A stretch of 37,178 nucleotides of DNA from Sanchytrium tribonematis (taxonomy: Eukaryota), in assembly GCA_018985235.1 (NCBI GenBank), contig JADGIG010000030.1:1-37178 (forward strand), given 5' to 3'. The position numbers were made by a program, and so were the translations under genes. Below the pieces are notes generated by a model. The model did not search any database. It was not told the origin of the DNA and saw nothing but the letters and a program-made list of their open reading frames with translations. Positions 1 through 8,400 of this stretch are shown one piece after another; position 1 is the stretch's first letter, and each line of letters begins with the position of its first letter.

Positions 1-171
1 AAAAATGTATTTTGTCTTGCTTTTGTCAATATTTTCTTTACCTTTGTCGATTCCGCTTTGTGGTAAAAAGTGCCACTCATAGTTATATATAATAAAATAT
101 ATCGTATTTTCAAAATTTACATTTAAAATTTTATTGTGCAGATGTAGCAGCATTTGAGATCTAACTCGTTT

Positions 172-606
172 TTAAAAGATGTGCGGCAATTGTTTTCTGT
201 ACAACTTGTTCACTCTTTCCAACTCTTCCAACGCTTCTATGGTATGTGGGTTGACAATAAATCCGTTTTCACCGCTTTGCTCTCTCTTACACCTGAATAT
301 AAGCTGCCTACACATGGGACAATTGGCTTGTTCATTAGCCCATGGTTTGACACACTCAGGATGATAAATGTGATTGCAAGGCAACTTCATTCCCTTATCC
401 ATATGGTCAAAACAAATCGCACAAGTGTCATTTGCATCTACAATTTCAAATTGATCGATGACTCTGGATATTTCTGGTTGGATTGGCATTTCGAATAAAG
501 TTATTACTAAATGCTTCATTCCTTGGCAATTTGGACAAATTTGATTGAAATGTAGCGCATTGCAATTTAGGCATAGTAGTGAAATCATAATTATTATTTC
601 TTGCAT
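172..606 (-). CDS. RING-H2 E3 ubiquitin ligase with N-terminal zinc ribbon (RNF126/RNF115-like architecture)
   Basis: RING-H2 pattern CAIC...LPCNHIYHPECVKPW...CPMCR; N-terminal CLNC...CPNC zinc ribbon. The start may be the second Met (MISLL, 588). Confidence 0.85.
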   Translation of the reverse strand: MQEIIIMISLLCLNCNALHFNQICPNCQGMKHLVITLFEMPIQPEISRVIDQFEIVDANDTCAICFDHMDKGMKLPCNHIYHPECVKPWANEQANCPMCRQLIFRCKREQSGENGFIVNPHTIEALEELERVNKLYRKQLPHIF

Positions 607-965
607 TTAGGTACTTTATCAGATATATATCCAATTGAATTTTCGAGAAATCTCACTAAAATTCTAGAAAAATTAGATTACCAATCAAATACCGAAATGA
701 CCCAAACTCTAAGCTCAAAAGACCGCAGCCTTGTCGACTTGATGGGCATGAGGATTTTATTGAATAGAATCGGATTTGTAGATATTTCATGGCCCGAGTG
801 GGATTTGATTTGAAGCAGAAAATATAGGAATCAAATTATGATGGGAAATATTATCTAGTAATTGACTAGAAAAAATGCAAGTAGTTAAATAACTCTTATT
901 AAGTGCATCAAGAGCCTGCAAATTATTCCTACAAAATAAAAATGGCAAATTAATTTCCGTGTTTC

Positions 966-1613
966 ATGGCTCTTCATTATCAATTGACTTTTGCCCTATT
1001 GATGACTGAAATCACTTATGTGGTATTGCTTTTACTTCCAATCCGTAAAATTAGACAGTTACTTGTATGGTTTGGCAAATCTCGTCTATTCCAACAAATA
1101 TTATATTTGAACAAAATTGTCATGTCATTTGTTTTCATTCTTTGTATAGATGCGGGATATAGAATGCTTAAAGTACATAAAGAGGATCAAAAATCAGACC
1201 GTGTGGACATGGACGCATTATTACATTCTAAATTATTTTATGCCCAAAGAAATTTTTATTTGACTAGTTTTACGCTCTTATTGGATTTTGTTATTGTAAG
1301 AATGCAACATATGGTAAGCTCATTAGAAAGCAATGATGACAAGGTTAGAATTTTGAAGAAACAAGGATTAAGTACAAACGATCAATATATGAAATTGCAA
1401 AAAGAAGTGGATGAATACAAAAGTAAAATCGAAGATGCTGAGAAAACCAAGAAGCAAGCTGAATCCAAAATTAAAGATGCAGAAGCTCTTAAGAAACAAG
1501 TCGATGGTGTTCAACGAGAGTACGATAGATTGCTTGAAGAATATAGTGTTTTAGAAAAGAAGTACAATCTGGCTAAAGGCCAATCTGATAATGGCAATAA
1601 AAAAGATAATTAG
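966..1613 (+). CDS. BAP31: BAP29/BAP31 (Yet1/Yet3-like) ER membrane protein
   Basis: Three N-terminal TM helices, signature KLFYAQRNFYLTSF, C-terminal coiled coil with REYDRLLEEY, and KKXX ER-retrieval tail (KKDN). Confidence 0.92.
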   Translation: MALHYQLTFALLMTEITYVVLLLLPIRKIRQLLVWFGKSRLFQQILYLNKIVMSFVFILCIDAGYRMLKVHKEDQKSDRVDMDALLHSKLFYAQRNFYLTSFTLLLDFVIVRMQHMVSSLESNDDKVRILKKQGLSTNDQYMKLQKEVDEYKSKIEDAEKTKKQAESKIKDAEALKKQVDGVQREYDRLLEEYSVLEKKYNLAKGQSDNGNKKDN

Positions 1614-1614
1614 T

Positions 1615-2718
1615 TTACTTTGATTTTATAAGGTTCATAGGGCTGATAACATAGAGCTCATATAGCTCGTCGAATATTCCTAATTGTTTAACTGGTTCGA
1701 CAAAAAAATGACAAGTAGACACTAGAATTAAATATCCAAATAGTATTCCGAAGGACTTCGCAATAAATGAGCTTCTATGAACAAAACTAAATATAAAATA
1801 TTCAAATATCACAGCCGCGCCATGAATACCAAAATAGGTCAATGAAGAAAGACACAACTTTTGGGAAGTGACTATGATTAGGTAATCATGAAATATGCCT
1901 GAGGATATAAATGCTGTCAATGCGTACAAATATCTGACTTTTTTGCTGGCTTTTTTATAAACATGTTTGGGAACTAAAATGAAAATGTCACGAAGTAGTG
2001 TGTGCCAACTATCACTCCAAAATGAACCTACGCCCTTGACTATAAAAGGCTTGTCAAATAAAAGATAAGGTCTTTGGTCACCAACTTCATAAGCAATTTC
2101 TGTGAAAAAATTAGCTAGTTGCTTGTTCGCAGAAAACTCAGCCAATTGAAAACATATTTTTGAAAGCACGACATACAACACGGCTGCAACGAATACTAAA
2201 TTTTGAATGCAAATAGAAATAAAGATCCCATAATAAAGAGCATAGTGAAATTTTCCAAATACATACCAAAGACCTGACTTTTCTTCAATATTATTGTTGT
2301 AATCAAGATTCGCTCTGAAAATCTGATGCCATTGAAGCAATGCTACAAAAACTGTAGTGTATCTAAATTGTAAATTCAATATTTCTGAAAATGTGGATAA
2401 ATATTTAACATCTTTTTTCAATTCCGCTTTTTTAAATGGATCGTATCCTTTTAATCGTAAATCTTTAAATGAGAACAAAATGTTTAGAAATGGATCCTCA
2501 AGATTAACATTAAACGATTTGCAGCATTTGATGAACAGAATCCATGCAATAATCCCAACTCCGTAATTTAGAAATTGATATTGAAACTGATGATGATAAG
2601 GGCCTGTTATCAACCAACTCATGAAAAGTATTTTAATGAATTTCGGCATATTGACCATGTTGATCCCTAGGATTAATAGAGATCCTAAAAATGCAGCATC
2701 TCCAAACGCCAATTTCAT
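1615..2718 (-). CDS. Membrane-bound O-acyltransferase, wax synthase-like (MBOAT_2)
   Basis: Polytopic protein with LFDKPF...SFWSDSWHTLLR and AFISSGIFHDY (catalytic His) motifs typical of the wax-synthase MBOAT domain. Confidence 0.85.
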   Translation of the reverse strand: MKLAFGDAAFLGSLLILGINMVNMPKFIKILFMSWLITGPYHHQFQYQFLNYGVGIIAWILFIKCCKSFNVNLEDPFLNILFSFKDLRLKGYDPFKKAELKKDVKYLSTFSEILNLQFRYTTVFVALLQWHQIFRANLDYNNNIEEKSGLWYVFGKFHYALYYGIFISICIQNLVFVAAVLYVVLSKICFQLAEFSANKQLANFFTEIAYEVGDQRPYLLFDKPFIVKGVGSFWSDSWHTLLRDIFILVPKHVYKKASKKVRYLYALTAFISSGIFHDYLIIVTSQKLCLSSLTYFGIHGAAVIFEYFIFSFVHRSSFIAKSFGILFGYLILVSTCHFFVEPVKQLGIFDELYELYVISPMNLIKSK

Positions 2719-2982
2719 GAGAAAATTTCAGGGGGAGACATGTTTACCCAACGATCACAAATACGTGTAACATTTCATAGATTTACTACATACTGCTACT
2801 ATTAACAATTTACTTTATTCATACCAGTGATAAATTGGACAAATAATTTATCGATTTTACGAAGATTAAATTATAAAATTATTACTCACTGTCGATGCTA
2901 TGATTTGGATTACACGATCAGATGATCGCAACATGGCGCGATTGAGCAGAACCCCGATATTGTTGAGGCTTGTATAATTCAG

Positions 2983-4518
2983 ATGTCGAGTCTGCACTTT
3001 GAACACGAATTTATCAATAACTTTGGCGGCTCAGAGCACCAAAGGTACTTATTAAGAAGCATCCAAACGGATATCGTGAAGAAGCAAATTGAATACATCA
3101 CAAAAGGTGAGTATAAGTTAAATGAAATTGAGGATTTGTTTGGTTATACACCCAAATCAATTATCATAAAGCGCCAGACATTACAAATTCAGCAATACGT
3201 GGAAGACGGAGTGCTGTTCAAGCAAGAATCTAGAAATGTAAGTTGGCAAGAATTGTTGTTTGACTTGTTTTTTGTGGCTGCATTTCATTCCATGGGTAAA
3301 GGTGTTGAATACAACCCAACTCTATTGCAGCTCAGATTCTATGCGACGCGCTTTACACTCTTGTGGATTGTTTGGGGTAAATCTGTATTTGTAACAAATT
3401 ATTTCTTGAAAAATGATGTATTTGAAAGGTTATTTTTGACCGCAATGTCAGCAATTGTCTTGGGTATGGGATTAAACTCAGTACATGAGTTTAAAATTGA
3501 CTTTTTAGCTTTCTTCATGCTAGGAAGATTGCTGACGATTTGTTGTAAATTGCCATTTGTTTTGAAGCCAAATGAGTTTCGTTCATATTTTGCACTCAAG
3601 ATATTCTTGTCCATAATTCCTTGTTCGCTGCTCTTTGGCAGTATTATACTAAATAATGACAATATTCCACTTATCACTGTGTTTGTATGCGTTGAGTTGC
3701 TATTTTATGTGTTATTCAAAGTTGTTATTCGATATGGCTTGAAGTTGTCAAAATATCCAGTTCCGAATATTCACCACGCGAAAGAAAGAATGGGTCTTTT
3801 AACTATTGTTGTTTTGGGAGAATTTACGTATCCATTGCTGATTGATTCCAATTCTTTGAGTGCGTTGCTAATTGCCGTATTTGGATTGTTTATTGTAAGC
3901 AAAATACAATACATTTACTTTAAAAAGGAACACGACGGGAGTCATATTGAACAACTAAACGGGAAAAACGCGGTATTATTTCCACTGTGGTTCTTTATAC
4001 ATCTTCCAATGCAGTGTGCCATTGCTCTCGGTGGTGTGGGTTTATCTATGATTGTTCACAATACTGCTAGAATTGACGCTCCAAAGCGTTCTTTTAATAT
4101 CAAGTCACCTGGGATCGACCTTGACTATAGTTTTGAATATGCCAAAATGGTATATTTTGCATGTTTGAGTATCGTCATGCTGTCACTTGCTTCTGCTACA
4201 GTGATTCACGACTGCATCTGTAGAAATCGAATGGAATGGAGAAGGGTTTTTTCCCTTTTATTTTTATTCACATTGTTTCTTATTTTATGTGTACTTTGTG
4301 CTGTAATTTATTTGGATGTTTTCTTTGTGACTACTTTGAGTGCCTTTGCGATGCTGTTGATCACTAGTAAAGATGAAGTACAAGAAGTTAAGGCAATTTG
4401 GCGAAAGCGTTTTCCGGGTCCTGTTCATTTACCATCTAGAGCAATGACTGAAAATTCCTTGAATACAACACAATCATCTCAACATTTTACTGAAGACAAT
4501 ACTACTTCTTTCAAATAA
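2983..4518 (+). CDS. Low temperature requirement A (LtrA)-family membrane protein
   Basis: VSWQELLFDLFFVAA and HAKERMGLLTIVVLGE motifs, many TM segments, WFFIHLP motif. Confidence 0.85.
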   Translation: MSSLHFEHEFINNFGGSEHQRYLLRSIQTDIVKKQIEYITKGEYKLNEIEDLFGYTPKSIIIKRQTLQIQQYVEDGVLFKQESRNVSWQELLFDLFFVAAFHSMGKGVEYNPTLLQLRFYATRFTLLWIVWGKSVFVTNYFLKNDVFERLFLTAMSAIVLGMGLNSVHEFKIDFLAFFMLGRLLTICCKLPFVLKPNEFRSYFALKIFLSIIPCSLLFGSIILNNDNIPLITVFVCVELLFYVLFKVVIRYGLKLSKYPVPNIHHAKERMGLLTIVVLGEFTYPLLIDSNSLSALLIAVFGLFIVSKIQYIYFKKEHDGSHIEQLNGKNAVLFPLWFFIHLPMQCAIALGGVGLSMIVHNTARIDAPKRSFNIKSPGIDLDYSFEYAKMVYFACLSIVMLSLASATVIHDCICRNRMEWRRVFSLLFLFTLFLILCVLCAVIYLDVFFVTTLSAFAMLLITSKDEVQEVKAIWRKRFPGPVHLPSRAMTENSLNTTQSSQHFTEDNTTSFK

Positions 4519-4553
4519 ACAATTTGAATATATTAAATTTATTTTTGACCAAA

Positions 4554-5081
4554 CTAATTCCAATCGCTTGACTGTGAGGCACATGATTCATTGGTGCATG
4601 CACGAGTCCTAATAGTTTGCAGCCTTTTTCTCAATGCACCAAATTCCTCGTTTGACTTTAAAATGGAGGCCTTTTTGACCATTGTGACACTTTTTAATTT
4701 AGTTAATTGAAACTGTTGAATTTCATTCAAAAACTTGTCTTTGTTTTCACAAATTGGATGCGCAACTATATTTTGCGAACAATGAATTGTTTTTACAATC
4801 TTATTGGCTGGGGATACTAATTTCAAATCCAACAAGCCTTGTGGAAACTCGGGAATCGTATTTAAATTTTTAATATTCTCGATATCTTGACTTTGATGAT
4901 TTGGAGGTTGGTTGCATTCTTTCACAATTGTGACATTTCTTACTTTTCGCTTCTTCAATATCATTCTTGCTTTTCGCTTGGTTGCATTCATAAGCTTACG
5001 TAGCCATGAAACTGTAAGTATCTCGCATTGAGTTGCAGTGTCGCACTTTTTTGTAGCGGTATGTGTAGCAGTGTTGTCCAT
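4554..5081 (-). CDS. Hypothetical protein with WH2-like motif and C-terminal Trp
   Basis: First ATG of the ORF is at 5081 (MDNTA...), with a TATA-like TATATAA about 25 nt upstream. DKFLNEIQQFQLTKLKSV resembles WH2/thymosin; the protein ends SSDWN. Confidence 0.55.
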   Translation of the reverse strand: MDNTATHTATKKCDTATQCEILTVSWLRKLMNATKRKARMILKKRKVRNVTIVKECNQPPNHQSQDIENIKNLNTIPEFPQGLLDLKLVSPANKIVKTIHCSQNIVAHPICENKDKFLNEIQQFQLTKLKSVTMVKKASILKSNEEFGALRKRLQTIRTRACTNESCASQSSDWN

Positions 5082-5232
5082 GAGTATACGATGTTCGTCC
5101 GCCTTATATAGAAAAAACAAACGGCGCGACGGTAGTATTTGATTGGGTACATACCCAGATGTGCAAAATGTGAAATCGATAGCCTTAAATCATTTAAGTT
5201 AAATGTCAAACAGATATGCCAAAGTCATGAAT

Positions 5233-5245
5233 AAAAAAGGCAAAA
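5233..5245 (-). terminator. Pol III oligo-T terminator of the 5S gene
   Basis: TTTT then GCC then TTTTTT directly after the 5S 3' end on the minus strand. Confidence 0.8.
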
Positions 5246-5362
5246 GCTACAGCACATGGGATTCCCACCCCGTCTCCGATGGCAGTACTAACCATGCCAG
5301 CACCTGCTTAACTTCTGAAATTTGACAGGATCAGGTGTTTCCAGGTGTGTATGGCCGTAGCT
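5244..5362 (-). rRNA. 5S rRNA: 5S ribosomal RNA gene (dispersed single copy)
   Basis: Reverse complement reads AGCTACGGCCATAC...GAAGTTAAGCAGG...TGGTTAGTACT...GGGAATCCCATGTGCTGTAGCTT, about 119 nt. The termini pair (AGCTAC/GTAGCT) and box A/box C-like internal elements are present. Confidence 0.96.
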
Positions 5363-5382
5363 GACTACAAAGTGGAGAATGG

Positions 5383-5391
5383 AATATATTA
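5383..5391 (-). promoter_or_regulatory. TATA-like upstream element of the 5S gene (-29 to -21)
   Basis: TAATATATT lies at the position where dispersed fungal 5S genes (e.g. Neurospora) carry a TATA-like element. Confidence 0.45.
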
Positions 5392-5489
5392 GAGTGGCTC
5401 ATTGGTATATAAACGAAATTATTAAATTAATGCTTAACCCGAACGCAAATATATCTCGATGACATCACAAGATTACATTTATTAAAGAA

Positions 5490-8400
5490 TTAAAATGCCA
5501 ACTTTTCTTTTAATTGGGATTTCTTCAGGGTCGCCATCTTTTCTTTTTCATTCAATTTCTTAGTCAAAACCACTGTGCCTCTCTTAAAGTCTCTTCCCAC
5601 AAAAACAATTGCACCCACTACACAGACACAAGTAATACCAATTACCAAAGCGGTCAAAAAATTGTTCATATCTGGATTATCTCCAACATCTGTCAAAAAT
5701 AATATTCCACAACTCAAAGTCAAAATACAACATATTTGACAAAATATATCAGCCAATGTGTGATCCCTTTCCACGTATGGCTTAAAATATATCAAAAATC
5801 CAATATAAGTAAATATCGTCAATTGAATTATCATAGCTTGTGTTGGAACAGAGCCTATAAAATTCTGACTCGCTAAAATAATCAATTTCATGATAATCTG
5901 TACAACTACAATAAATTGAGTGTTTGGTTTATAAATGGTATTTTCAGTAATAATTAATTTAGTCATTTGATCTTTAATTGAAATCCATCGATCGGACTTG
6001 AAAATAGTCTGATACATACAAAAATATATAAATGTAAAGTATAATGGAATGCCAAATGCATAAATCGCCACAGAGGATATAAAATAAGGTAAATTTCTCA
6101 AATGTGTACCTTGGTAGCAAACAAATGATCTAGCTTGATTTACAACTAAATCTGGACCAAATTGAACGCAATTAAAGAATCCCAATGACCAACTACACAA
6201 ACTCACAAATATAAATTGAAGCAAAATGTGAAATCCTCGAATACTTGTAGACAAATTTGACTTGAATTGCTTTTTGGAGAATGGAGGCAAATTTGGCAAT
6301 TTGAATTCTTTGCTGACTATCATTCCTTTAATAATTAGATAAGGATAATTAAAAGGCGATGAGACTGATATTCCACAAAATAATAAAATTACTAGCAAAC
6401 TTGGTGGAATTAAAAACATTACTTCACCTTTGGTAAAATAATTCACATTTGGATCAATACATTCTGGTGCTGCTATTTCAATATTGAAAGAGAAAATGCT
6501 CACAATATCAAACATATTATAAACTTGTTGAGACCAGTTCAACAAAATTGATTTGAAGACATATAAAATTTGAAAGTAATTGATTGCGATTGAAATAGCT
6601 GCTAAATATTTTCCTATTCTTAACATAATGACTAAAATAATGCTAAACAGAACTAAAAAGATTACCATGGCTGCAATTAAAACATTTGGATCCGTTTTAG
6701 GACAATCTTTGCAGTATCCTCCAGCTGTTTTATAATGTACTGGAGCGCAATCACCACAACGATCTCCGGCATAACCAGTCTGACATGTTGATGTTCCTAA
6801 ACAAGCTTCTGCTGGATAACATGGTGCAAATTGATATACACCACTATTTAAGATTTCATAAAATCCTTTTTTGCCATCCGGAGCAGTATTTCCAGTAGCA
6901 GAACATGTTGATCCATCTGGGCAAGGCGCACACAAAGAAATCTTGTTGTTGTTGGTTGCACCAAATACATTTGGAACAGATCCAGTGTCACAAGTCAAAA
7001 TGGCGACAATTGGAAAATCCGCAGAACTAGCTGGATTTCTAGAGTCTGATAAACTCATTTGCACTTTCAGTGGAAAATCGCCAACTTTAAGAATCTTGGT
7101 ATTCTGATTATCATATTTCCATGTAATATTAGAATTTACAAAATTAATCACTTCTGAAACATTGGATTGAAATGAACCAATATTAATCATAAATCCATCA
7201 GCCATAAGTCGTGCTCCATCTGCAGATGTAGAGCCAACCACGGCATCAGTTGACACTTTAAACATTGCATCAATTTGATATTCTGATCTCACATACTGAG
7301 ATTCATTAAAAAATGTTCTACTATTATCCACCAAATAATCTGAATCATATTTGTTGGACAGAGAAGGATAGTCAACCAAACTATATTTCAAAATATTTTT
7401 AATAATCACTGAAAATAAATAATTTCCAGCCGCGTCAGTATAAATATTAGGGGTCAAATTTTGGCCTGAAATAGTAGGTGTTCTTTTCAATTCCACGATT
7501 ATAACACCCGGCACTACTGAATTGATGGTAAAATAAATAGCGAGGCCATTTGCTGTTTTATCTCTATCAAGATCAAAAATGACTAAATCGGAAATATTAC
7601 CTCTTGGTCTCGAAAATGCTAAAAACAAGTCATTTGAAGAATCGATTTCCCAAATATCTGTATCTTTTAAACCATCTCTATTTAACAAAATTTCAAAATG
7701 TTGTTTGCCATTTAACAATTCTGCATTCATATAGGATTTGATTCTAAATAGTGGTTTGATAACAGATATCCAGCCACTTACAAAATTTCCTACTTTTATC
7801 TGAATAAATCCGACATCTGGCTCTGATCTGATAACAATTTTGTAATTTGCCCAATCTTCTATAGATGCATTTCTGACAATGCCTACATCAAGATTGCCTG
7901 AAAATGCTCCCATTATTTTCAATTGAACTTGTTTTTTACGGTGGCAACTATCCAAATTTCCAAATTTACTTCCTAGTATCTCGATTTGACCAAATTTATA
8001 GTACGCGTAGTCAATTATTGGCTCATTCTCGGTGTGAAATTGATATTGACTAGAAAATGAACAATCATCACTAGTAATCGTCGTTTTAACTTGATAATCA
8101 CCTGTATTGTTGTAATAATCAGTAGGAATATCATAGCTGTACAAATTAATAGCATTTGTCTTCCAGCACACATCAGTATTAGAATCCAGTGTCTGGTTAT
8201 TGCCAATATGTTCAATAATACTGAGTTCTGAATGCACTTTGTATCCCAGACTATTAAAATAATTAATTCTATCAGTATAATTTTGATTATTCAGCTGCAG
8301 TATTCCATTTGTCATGATCACATCATTTTGTGTTAAAACTAATTTATCCAATACGCTATCTCTACTTGTTTTGGTTCCAACTCGAAATTGTTTTTGAGAT

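Noticed and set aside
637..755. Possible U4 snRNA on the minus strand (ATCCTCATGC start, AATTTTTC Sm-like site, terminal hairpin 637-664)
   Set aside because: No K-turn 5' stem-loop or U6 stem I (UGCU) element is visible; the similarity is limited to about 10 nt. An Infernal search would be needed.
2972..2982. GTATAATTCAG as an 11-nt intron fusing an upstream ATG (2933) in frame to LtrA
   Set aside because: Shorter than any established spliceosomal intron, and the added peptide has no homology support.
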